IMG/VR virus record: IMGVR_UViG_3300037782_000051
Coordinates: 1 to 48,345 of that record
Reading direction: 5' to 3' (one strand)
DNA length: 48,345 bases
Origin: a virus
Lineage: Duplodnaviria > Caudoviricetes
The notes below the pieces were generated by a model. It was not told the origin of the DNA, did no database searches, and saw only the letters and a program-made list of their open reading frames with translations. This document shows positions 14,309 through 22,602 of this stretch, piece after piece. Each line of letters starts with the position of its first letter. Positions within the stretch are counted from its first letter, which is position 1. The translations under genes and the position numbers were made by a program.

Positions 14309-14704
14309 TTACAACTTGTAAGCCTTCTCAATCTCCTCAGGCTTTTCGCCCTTGCGGATACGGTCAAGGATGTCCTTTGCTGCTTCAGACTGAGCCGCAG
14401 CCCGGCCCAAGCGGTAGACAGATAGGATGCCGATAGCAGCATCAAGCCAATCGCCTTGCAGCTCGCGTGGCACTGACGTCATTTTCTCAGCCATTGCCTT
14501 GCGGATTTCGTCTTTTTCACGGTCGCCGATACCTGCCTGTTCGCTGCCAATCAGCTTAACGCCCCCAATGCCCTGCTGCCCGGCAAGGACAAGCGGCACA
14601 AGTGCGCCCAAATCAGCGAAATCCACTTTGCCATCTGCTGCGATGGTATAGCCCGCGTTAATGCCCTGCGCGGTGAAGGTTAGAAGTTCTCTAGTCTCTT
14701 TCAT
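14309..14704 (-). CDS. Hypothetical protein (131 aa)
   Basis: Operon packing with the protease gene. Confidence 0.7.
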   Translation of the reverse strand: MKETRELLTFTAQGINAGYTIAADGKVDFADLGALVPLVLAGQQGIGGVKLIGSEQAGIGDREKDEIRKAMAEKMTSVPRELQGDWLDAAIGILSVYRLGRAAAQSEAAKDILDRIRKGEKPEEIEKAYKL

Positions 14705-14708
14705 TGTC

Positions 14709-16289
14709 TTAATTTTTCACTGCCTTGCGCTCGATAGTATTCTGCGCGAAAGTGACAGTATTGATTTGTGAAAATGTCCTCTTTATGTTCGACACTGTCT
14801 TGCGCCGTGGTGCGTCTAGCTGCGAACGCTGCCCGGCAACTTCAGTGATTATTGTCTCAATCTGTACATCGTACCCTGCACGCTTCATCAGCATCTCATA
14901 AAAGTGCCGCACCCAAAACGTCATATCGAGCTTGTCGTCTGTAGCATTTAGCACAAAAGCCCGGTTGGTGAAGAACTCAGCAGTAGCAAGTGTAATCGCC
15001 TCAACAGCATCTTCAGCATACAGCTTGCTATCATAGCGCACTGTTAGCCTAACTTCATCGGTATAAAACTTTCCTGAGCCAAACGGCTTCCACATCACAG
15101 GATAGTTGTCTGATAACTTGACAATGATAGTGCGCTTGTCCTTTTCCGGCTGATCTGGTTCGTCCGGTTCATCTGGTTCGTCATCATTCGGCGTATCGGG
15201 GTTGCCGTTATGTTCATCGCTGTAGCTTTCCGGGTTGACGTCCTTAAGCGCTGTCAGGATATTAACGCCATATCCATACTTTTCATCCCATCCTTGCGGG
15301 CCTAAGCCCACCGCATTAGCACGCAGGCAGTTGCTCACCTGCTTAGCTGTAGCGTTCGATGTAGCCCCTAGAATAGCAGCTATTGCTGCCTGTGTAGGCG
15401 TTGCCATCGAAGTGCCTGACAGTTCAGCGTAACCACCGTTAAGCCATGCGCCGTACACCCGGACGCCTGCCCCTGACATATAGAGCTGTGGCCCGTAGTT
15501 GCTAAAGCCTGCAATAGTGCCTGAGTTGTCAATTGCTCCGATAGCGTGCGCACTTGTCCCGTTTGCCGGAGTGCCGATGAAGTTCTGCCCGTTGTTACCA
15601 GCAGCTGCAAGAACAAGCACGCCAGCATCTTCAGCTTTCTCAATAGCGCTGTTGAATTGCTCATTAACGCTTTGGCTGCCTAGCGAAAAATTAAAGATGA
15701 CAAACCAACCATCATCAATCAGCTTTTTTGCTTCTGCTGTGCCTGTCTCGATGCCTGTAACGATTTGGCTTGTATAGCCATAGCCCTCCTTTCGCAAGAC
15801 TTTGTAGAAGATCAGCTTCAGGTTATCGCCTAAGATAGATGCAGGCCCAAGCTTGTAGTTAAACTCATGCTTGCCTGCAATGCAGGTGCCTACGTGTATG
15901 CCATGCCCATGCTTTGCGCTTGCAGGCTCTCCTGTAAATATTTTATCTTTCTCAGGCCACGCGAAATCCTCAAGGCTCTTATGCCCTGCTTCGCCTTCAG
16001 TATCGAAGACGAACACCGCCACCTTGCGCTTGATACGCTCCTTAATCCACGCCTCGTTCTGAGCCACGCGGTAGTAATCGTACGCCCAATTGCCGTTCGC
16101 GTCAGCGGTGGCAAGGCTTGGTATCATCGGTATCTGCTCGATCGGGTCAAGGAAGACCTTTCCCGGCCCTTGATTCTCCTGAATGAAGCGCTCAATACGC
16201 TTGTACTCATTTGAATACTCATCAGGCACAGGCTGTGCGAAGAGCGTAAAAGTAACTGCTGTTAGTAGCAGTATCAGTAGATTCTTCAT
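14709..16289 (-). CDS. Subtilisin-like S8 serine protease with signal peptide
   Basis: VFVFDT, HGHGIHVG, AAAGN and GTSMATP catalytic motifs; N-terminal MKNLLILLLTAVTFTLFA|Q. Confidence 0.9.
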   Translation of the reverse strand: MKNLLILLLTAVTFTLFAQPVPDEYSNEYKRIERFIQENQGPGKVFLDPIEQIPMIPSLATADANGNWAYDYYRVAQNEAWIKERIKRKVAVFVFDTEGEAGHKSLEDFAWPEKDKIFTGEPASAKHGHGIHVGTCIAGKHEFNYKLGPASILGDNLKLIFYKVLRKEGYGYTSQIVTGIETGTAEAKKLIDDGWFVIFNFSLGSQSVNEQFNSAIEKAEDAGVLVLAAAGNNGQNFIGTPANGTSAHAIGAIDNSGTIAGFSNYGPQLYMSGAGVRVYGAWLNGGYAELSGTSMATPTQAAIAAILGATSNATAKQVSNCLRANAVGLGPQGWDEKYGYGVNILTALKDVNPESYSDEHNGNPDTPNDDEPDEPDEPDQPEKDKRTIIVKLSDNYPVMWKPFGSGKFYTDEVRLTVRYDSKLYAEDAVEAITLATAEFFTNRAFVLNATDDKLDMTFWVRHFYEMLMKRAGYDVQIETIITEVAGQRSQLDAPRRKTVSNIKRTFSQINTVTFAQNTIERKAVKN

Positions 16290-16292
16290 TTG

Positions 16293-16475
16293 TTAGTTTT
16301 TAGGTATTGCTGCAATCGCGCTGAATTTCTTCCAGCGCTTTTCTTTTCGTGCTGCCTGCTGAATGACCTCATGCGTCACCTCTTTTGTGGCAGGGTAGTC
16401 GAACTCAAACTGTACAATCTTGTCACCTCCGAACCAAGTTGCAGGCACTGCGATTGTTGCGATGTAAGTCTGCAT
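16293..16475 (-). CDS. Hypothetical protein (60 aa)
   Basis: TAATG coupling with the holin-like gene. Confidence 0.6.
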   Translation of the reverse strand: MQTYIATIAVPATWFGGDKIVQFEFDYPATKEVTHEVIQQAARKEKRWKKFSAIAAIPKN

Positions 16476-16816
16476 TATTTTCGTTTTTTGAAGATTAAGA
16501 GTCTAATTATTGTCGGTATGTCGTTCTTTTCGATGAACTCCAACACCTTATCCATCAACCTTAGCCCGATGCTGCCGATTAGGAACGCTAGTGCACGTTC
16601 AAAAGCTTCATCAATGCTTAGGTAGTACGCAACAAGCGGCGTGATGTAAGCCGCCGTCACAGCTCCTGCAAGCACGTTCAGCGCGCGGTGCAGTATGCTT
16701 TTCTCTGAGTTGTCTATCAACATATGCACTATTCCTCCTGCCATGCCTGCGACAAAATCCGCAAGCCGAAAACCAAGCCCTTCAAGCGCGTCAAAAAAAT
16801 CGTTCATCCTGTTCAT
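16475..16816 (-). CDS. Putative holin
   Basis: Three hydrophobic segments (AGMAGG..., LAGAVTAAYITPLVA, LAFLIGSIG) and a basic C-terminus; Met1/Met4 may be alternative starts. Confidence 0.65.
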   Translation of the reverse strand: MNRMNDFFDALEGLGFRLADFVAGMAGGIVHMLIDNSEKSILHRALNVLAGAVTAAYITPLVAYYLSIDEAFERALAFLIGSIGLRLMDKVLEFIEKNDIPTIIRLLIFKKRK

Positions 16817-16842
16817 TTTTTCAGGAGGGGGTAGTTAGGTAA

Positions 16843-17424
16843 TCATTTTTCCCACCGGAAGCCTAGTTGCAGCGTTGCGTCCTTCGGTGCAGCGCCGCCA
16901 TAGTCGCCCGGCTCGTTGTTAGCACCGCCCCACCACGGGCCAATCTCCCGGTAGAGGCAGTGCCAAGGTTTGTCGAAGTCGTGTGTCGCGGTGAATGTCC
17001 CACTAGGGGTGTGAATATAGTAATCTACCGTAGGGCGTAGCGTTATGGGGTCATGCCAAAACAGCACGCGCCCTGAAAACTGCTCTCCTGCTTTTACTGT
17101 CGCTATTTTGAAGCCCGGCCCGCCGATCTGCCAGCCGCCCCGCTTGTTGTTCGTGTAGGCGGTAATGGCGAACGTATCAGGCACATCAGTAGGACGCCAA
17201 GCAATTAGCGCTGAGCGTTGATTGTTCAGGCTGAACGCTGCTGTGATGCCTGTCAGCTTCAGCCAATCAGCCCTGTCCTTGTCACCGCCTACGTCATCAG
17301 CCGAGAACCAACACGAGCTGTCAAACATAGCGGTGAAGCTAAACCCTGAGTAGACAAGCGCAGGGAACAGCGAAGCCATCGGGCGAAAAGCCGTGCGCCC
17401 CTTTTTGATGTGGTACGTCTTCAT
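16843..17424 (-). CDS. Hypothetical beta-rich protein
   Basis: Operon packing. Confidence 0.7.
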   Translation of the reverse strand: MKTYHIKKGRTAFRPMASLFPALVYSGFSFTAMFDSSCWFSADDVGGDKDRADWLKLTGITAAFSLNNQRSALIAWRPTDVPDTFAITAYTNNKRGGWQIGGPGFKIATVKAGEQFSGRVLFWHDPITLRPTVDYYIHTPSGTFTATHDFDKPWHCLYREIGPWWGGANNEPGDYGGAAPKDATLQLGFRWEK

Positions 17425-17726
17425 TAACTGTCGCTTGCTGTGCGTTCGCCTGCTTGGTAGTAAGCGTCAATTTTGCCTGCACTGACAGACAGTTCTCTGA
17501 TGTCACCTACAACCTCATAGCCTGCCGGGTAATCTTCATTAGTTTTTTGCCCGAAAAAACCTTCTCGATTGTAGTCTTTGAAAGTCACTGTTGCATCAGT
17601 GCGCACTCGGAAGCCGATAAAGCGCTTATCGTCAAACGAGTCGTCAGTGATTACCTCGTGCGTATGAATGCCCATGCTCGCAAGCTGAGTGGCTAAGGTG
17701 CTGCTTTCGCTGTTTTTGTATGCCAT
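17424..17726 (-). CDS. Hypothetical protein, possibly virion-associated
   Basis: Operon packing; ATG after A-rich leader. Confidence 0.7.
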   Translation of the reverse strand: MAYKNSESSTLATQLASMGIHTHEVITDDSFDDKRFIGFRVRTDATVTFKDYNREGFFGQKTNEDYPAGYEVVGDIRELSVSAGKIDAYYQAGERTASDS

Positions 17727-17735
17727 TGGTTATGT

Positions 17736-17942
17736 TTAATAGCCTTGTTCGGCTAGTTTGAAAATAAAGCAAAATACTATATCTCCTACAATCTGTAAAG
17801 CACAGAATTTAGAAATATTATCAGAGTCTCCGTTAGCCAGATATTTATGAGAGTTCCAACCAAAGCTGTTTACTGTAGCTTGATGGTTCTCTATACCTCT
17901 ATTAAAACTACCTCTCTGTCTTTTATCATTTTGTGTTAGCAT
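17736..17942 (-). CDS. Hypothetical protein (68 aa)
   Basis: Fills the gap between - strand genes. Confidence 0.5.
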   Translation of the reverse strand: MLTQNDKRQRGSFNRGIENHQATVNSFGWNSHKYLANGDSDNISKFCALQIVGDIVFCFIFKLAEQGY

Positions 17943-17963
17943 CTTATTATTATTATTATTTTA

Positions 17964-18857
17964 TTATGCAGGCCCCCCGTCTGTGATTGTCCAATTATAT
18001 GTATTTTCTAGGCTCGTCCGCGCCGCTTCTGCTGCGCCTCCTGCCGTGTACTTGCTATTGCCTCCACTGAAGTTTAGCCCTGTGTTTGGGGCTTGGGCTT
18101 CGTAGTTGATTAGTAGGGCATCGTATCTGGAAGTTGGCAGACTAGTCCCTGTTAAAAAGTTACTAAAGTTTGTGACGCTGGAAATATTTAAGTTTTCAAT
18201 TCCAGGCGCATCAATTAAGCTAGGTAGCAACCCAAGTGCATTATCTATTCTTGTTACATTTGAAAAATCATTATCAAATATAATGCTCGGTATACCTTGA
18301 GAGCTAAAAAAAGAAGCTAAAAAAACATTTGAGCTTGACGTGTCAAATAAAGAAAAATCAAGAGTATAAACAATCCCTGTAGCTTGGAATATTCTTTGAA
18401 AATCTGTAACATTAGATGTTTTTGCGTTAGATTGACTAATTACCTTAGTCAAATTGTTACATCCATAAAAAGCTCTTGCCATAGTGCTCCAGACAATATC
18501 CCCCCAATTTCTAATTTCAATAAGCTTAGATTTGTCTCCACCATTATCAAACTGAATCCTGTTAAAGCCATTCGTAGCCGCCGGGAAAACCCTTAACTCA
18601 TAGATACCTACCCCCGCTGCAATCGTGATCGTAGCTGCATCACTAAGCCCTGTAATGGTTTCTTGCAAGGTACTGCCTGTACTATCCCACACCTCAACAT
18701 CATAGTCGCCAAGCGCACCTGTAAATTGGAATTGGTCGCTGTTACTCACGCCTGCATTAGCAGTATTAACAAGGATGCGGAAATCCACAGAAGATGTAAT
18801 TAATCCTCCTAATACGCTGTTTTTTTTATGCAAACCTAAACCTAATCCTAAGCTCAT
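17964..18857 (-). CDS. BspA/DUF285-like repeat protein (possible adhesin or tail accessory)
   Basis: WGDIVWSTMARAFYGCNNL, TSNVTDF, FDTSS and NISSVTNFSNFL repeats; ends WTITDGG. Confidence 0.7.
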   Translation of the reverse strand: MSLGLGLGLHKKNSVLGGLITSSVDFRILVNTANAGVSNSDQFQFTGALGDYDVEVWDSTGSTLQETITGLSDAATITIAAGVGIYELRVFPAATNGFNRIQFDNGGDKSKLIEIRNWGDIVWSTMARAFYGCNNLTKVISQSNAKTSNVTDFQRIFQATGIVYTLDFSLFDTSSSNVFLASFFSSQGIPSIIFDNDFSNVTRIDNALGLLPSLIDAPGIENLNISSVTNFSNFLTGTSLPTSRYDALLINYEAQAPNTGLNFSGGNSKYTAGGAAEAARTSLENTYNWTITDGGPA

Positions 18858-18859
18858 AA

Positions 18860-21800
18860 TTAAGGCCCTTTTGATATGATAATCCAGTTCCCGTCACCCA
18901 CGTACCTGTAGGTTTCATACCGGAAATTGGTATTTAAAATCCTGCTTACACTTGCTCCTAATACAGTGTACCCGTTGGTGACAAAATCAATCGTGGCTGA
19001 GTTTGTCCCTGCGCTCTCTCCTGCATAGACAGAAAACACATCGCCTATCTGTGCGCCTGCGGGCACTTGTGCTGTTACGCTGCCTGCGCTGGTATTGACG
19101 TGGTTTTCTTCTCCTATGCGGATATTAAATGCAGAGGTGGCGGCAGTGGTGTCTCTTAAAATAACAGAAGACTGTTGTACTGTGTCAAAAGCAGGAAAGC
19201 TATTGCCAATAATCCTTAATTTATTCGGTTGCCCAACTAAGGAAAAATAATCACTGTCGGTATTCATCCCCCTTTCTGGTATTGGTTTTACCGAAAAAAC
19301 AATACCAAAAGAGTATATATTTTCGCAACCTATTAACCTAACGCCGTGCCTATTACTGCTACTTTTATCTACAACCAAAGAAAAGTCATACCCTCCATAA
19401 ATCCCGGTTATAGTGTCACTTTCAACTACGTTATCTGTAGGGTTAATTGTATTAGCGCCACTATTGTTGAAATTGGCTATCATTGCCGCTTGATTTCTGT
19501 ATACCCATCGGTATTTTTCTTTGAATTGAACGCCAGAGCTATCAATTCCCTCTATTTGCATCTCAACTAGAACTGGTGCATATACACTAACACCTCGCCT
19601 TATCCCCATTATTCCTACATCTGAATTGTAAATATTTATTGTGTCGCTACTGTTTATTGAGCTAGTATAATGCGTTTCCTGAAAAGGTGCAATATGTGTT
19701 ATTGCCTGTTCCCCTACTTCCTCCTGTTGGCCAATGTATTCTTTATTTCTCACTCTTATACTGGATGTATATAGAGGATTAAACCCGTCACCAACTGCCA
19801 ATTGTGTTGAATTAAAATTCAATAGAGAACTAGCAGTTCCGTTATTTTGGCAGTCTACTTCGTAATATCTGCCCCATGTTGTAGGTAGAATAACATTTGC
19901 AGAATCAATATAGAACTTGTCTGCAAATAACACTTTTTGATAGTTTGAGCTGTCGGCATAGTCGTTAGGAGTAGTGATAAACCAATGTATTGAGTCTACG
20001 TCATTGGATTTTACAGATATTGTATTTCCTTGTGATATTAGGTTGCAATCTGGACAAGTGTTACCCTCCACTGCTGTAACTGAAAAGAAACCTGCATCAT
20101 TGCCAGGGCTGCTTTCAAACCTTGAAATGGTAAAGTCGTTATCTTTTATAAAGAAATCTGAAAACTGGGAAAAGCTACTGGCATTATTCAAAACTGGCAT
20201 CTTAAATGTGTTGCCGATCATTCGCAGCCTCTTGAATTTAACAGGGTCGTTTGATACATCAAACATGGTAAATTTAAAGGCCGACTTGTTTAAAACACTG
20301 TCTCTCCCATCGTCGCTTATTAATCCTGCATTAATCAATACCGTATCAGCAAGGGAAAAAACATTGTTTAAATAAGTTACTCTCTGCCCTCCTTTTACTT
20401 TCACTAAACTGCTATTTGTGGTATTCTGTAATCCCCAAACGTTTTCTATCGTGTTGTTTTGACATACATACTCAGTTACTCCTGAATAAATAAAATAGGT
20501 TGCTGTTTCCGTGCCGTTACTAATCAAGTTTTTTACAAAATTATTCTCCGCAACAAGCCTAACCCCGCCCCTTGCAAAGTCAATATTTGCACCCGTAATA
20601 ATCATAGGGGCAAGATATTGCGCCGTTGTAGTTATGCTACTGTCATTCTCAAAGCGGTTATTTGAAAACTCGTAAACTGACATTTGATTCCTGAGTGCTT
20701 GACGGATGCTGTCAGGATCAGGGTAAGCTAGACTTACATAGGAATTCCTAATGTTTCTAACTTGATTGTTCTTAAACTCAAGGCTTTTTGCTTGAACACC
20801 CCTTAATTCAAGTAACACGGCAGCTTGATCGTGGTAAATGTTTTCCACCTCTACTTTTTCAATCGTAGAAGCGGGGATATACTCACTAAGTAACGTGTCG
20901 TATCTGATTATATTCGTTACATATCTAATACCTACATTTCCGTAAAGATTACAATTTCTTATAACAATGCTCGATGTTTTTGGTGCTACTGCCGTATTAT
21001 TATTTGCGGTATTGGCACTATATATGTGATAATCTGTATTGTCGGAGACTATTCCGTTTTCGTAGTTTTTTGTTTTAAAAGTAAGATTTTCAAAATGTAT
21101 ATTGTTTGCGTTTGTGTTTTCTTCTGTGACGGAAAAATATCCTCCTGAGTTGTTTGTTAGGCTTCTTGTTAATCTTACTACTGAGCTGTCTCGGTCTACC
21201 CCTATGATCTTAAGCTGTTTGTTACTTGGGAGTCTATATCCTGCCGCTGTTGTTTCCGCAGTGAACCATAAGTTATATGTATCTTTTTGTAGCTCCACTA
21301 GCCCCATTTCAGCCGCATTTGTTAAGCCTCTGAATGTTGCTACACTATCTTCGCTGGGCGTTAGGCTCCATTCCACATAAGCCTTATAAACATCCCAATT
21401 GCCTTGTATAATAGTGCCAACACCCCATATTTGATAAATCCCTGCTATAACTTTTGCACCTGTTGCTGTTACCGTGTCTGCTGTTATAGTTGCTCCCTGA
21501 CTAAACCTGATTTCTGTATTGCTAAAATCAACATTCTGCCCTGAAAAGTCTACATTTTTTCTAATTCGAATAGGCAAGCCATTTGCCGTTGCGCTGTCAA
21601 TAGCTACCAACAAATCAGTGTCAGGTACAAGTATTTCATTTTGATACTGCACCTTCCGTTCCCCCGAAACAGAACTATCATAAGCGTACAAATCCCCGTC
21701 ATTGCCCTGCCGTATCTTCCCCACAGCAGTCAATTCCTTATCCCCAAAGACAACAGGCGACAACTTCTCAAAATTACCACTGCCGTTTACCTTCCAGTGT

Positions 21801-22117
21801 TCATTCGTCGCATTAACATAAATGATCTTCCCAGCTTGCGTTGCTATACCCGTAGTGTCACCGATTACTGAGATAGTATCAATCGCGTTATACCTGTTCC
21901 ACACTGAGCCTGAACCGGAGTAAATATATACTTTCTTTGTGTTCAGGTCAATTGCGAACTCTGAAGCATCAGCAAATGGTGTCGGGTCAAAGCTCGGCCG
22001 CCCTTCAAAATACAGGATGCCACTGCCTTTATTAATCAATCCATCATTACTGCCCTCCTGCTGAGAAAAAGCAATAAAAGGAATTAATGCTAATAGTATA
22101 GTAATTACACGCTTCAT
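18860..22117 (-). CDS. Large beta-helix-like tail spike or receptor-binding protein with signal-peptide-like N-terminus
   Basis: 1085 aa, N/T/S-rich with parallel beta-helix-like turns (IRNCN, FKNNQV, FSNNRF, CQNNTI); MKRVITILLALIPFIAFS|Q. Confidence 0.6.
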   Translation of the reverse strand: MKRVITILLALIPFIAFSQQEGSNDGLINKGSGILYFEGRPSFDPTPFADASEFAIDLNTKKVYIYSGSGSVWNRYNAIDTISVIGDTTGIATQAGKIIYVNATNEHWKVNGSGNFEKLSPVVFGDKELTAVGKIRQGNDGDLYAYDSSVSGERKVQYQNEILVPDTDLLVAIDSATANGLPIRIRKNVDFSGQNVDFSNTEIRFSQGATITADTVTATGAKVIAGIYQIWGVGTIIQGNWDVYKAYVEWSLTPSEDSVATFRGLTNAAEMGLVELQKDTYNLWFTAETTAAGYRLPSNKQLKIIGVDRDSSVVRLTRSLTNNSGGYFSVTEENTNANNIHFENLTFKTKNYENGIVSDNTDYHIYSANTANNNTAVAPKTSSIVIRNCNLYGNVGIRYVTNIIRYDTLLSEYIPASTIEKVEVENIYHDQAAVLLELRGVQAKSLEFKNNQVRNIRNSYVSLAYPDPDSIRQALRNQMSVYEFSNNRFENDSSITTTAQYLAPMIITGANIDFARGGVRLVAENNFVKNLISNGTETATYFIYSGVTEYVCQNNTIENVWGLQNTTNSSLVKVKGGQRVTYLNNVFSLADTVLINAGLISDDGRDSVLNKSAFKFTMFDVSNDPVKFKRLRMIGNTFKMPVLNNASSFSQFSDFFIKDNDFTISRFESSPGNDAGFFSVTAVEGNTCPDCNLISQGNTISVKSNDVDSIHWFITTPNDYADSSNYQKVLFADKFYIDSANVILPTTWGRYYEVDCQNNGTASSLLNFNSTQLAVGDGFNPLYTSSIRVRNKEYIGQQEEVGEQAITHIAPFQETHYTSSINSSDTINIYNSDVGIMGIRRGVSVYAPVLVEMQIEGIDSSGVQFKEKYRWVYRNQAAMIANFNNSGANTINPTDNVVESDTITGIYGGYDFSLVVDKSSSNRHGVRLIGCENIYSFGIVFSVKPIPERGMNTDSDYFSLVGQPNKLRIIGNSFPAFDTVQQSSVILRDTTAATSAFNIRIGEENHVNTSAGSVTAQVPAGAQIGDVFSVYAGESAGTNSATIDFVTNGYTVLGASVSRILNTNFRYETYRYVGDGNWIIISKGP

Positions 22118-22602
22118 ACTGTGCGTTGTTTTATTAGCTTGCCTGAATTAAAATCATTCAAGGCGTATAAATCGTTCACTTGAACACCGCCTATTGCTGC
22201 TGCCGAATCACTATTATAAGCAACTGCAGGGTAAGTAATCATGCTTGTCCCAAACGGATAGCCCTGAGCGTTATTTTGTGATAATTCAAAGACTACGTTC
22301 CCGCCTACTTCGTTGTAGCCTGCTGTAGCAGAACTGTAAGACGTAAATGTAGGCACACGCATCAATATAGACTCAGGCAGCCCGTAAACGTTGTCTGATG
22401 TCGTTGTAAAGTAGTCGCCAGAGTTTGCACCGTCTGTCTGCGCTGATTCAACTGAATCATATTGGCCAACAGGGGTGATGCCCTCAAAAGGGTCTCCCTC
22501 CGCAATAACAGGACCGCCTACTTTTCTATACCTGTTCAACCCTATGCCTAGTCCGATTCTCATTAGTAGCTCGTTTGTGTTATCATTAGGGTTGCCGTAC
22601 AA
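22114..22602 (-). CDS. Hypothetical tail-region protein
   Basis: Overlaps both neighbours; real start is probably the Met at 22563. Confidence 0.6.
   Translation of the reverse strand: MYGNPNDNTNELLMRIGLGIGLNRYRKVGGPVIAEGDPFEGITPVGQYDSVESAQTDGANSGDYFTTTSDNVYGLPESILMRVPTFTSYSSATAGYNEVGGNVVFELSQNNAQGYPFGTSMITYPAVAYNSDSAAAIGGVQVNDLYALNDFNSGKLIKQRTV

Noticed and set aside
17943-17966. (TAT)n microsatellite
   Set aside because: Short low-complexity intergenic A-rich leader on the - strand; no evidence of phase variation.
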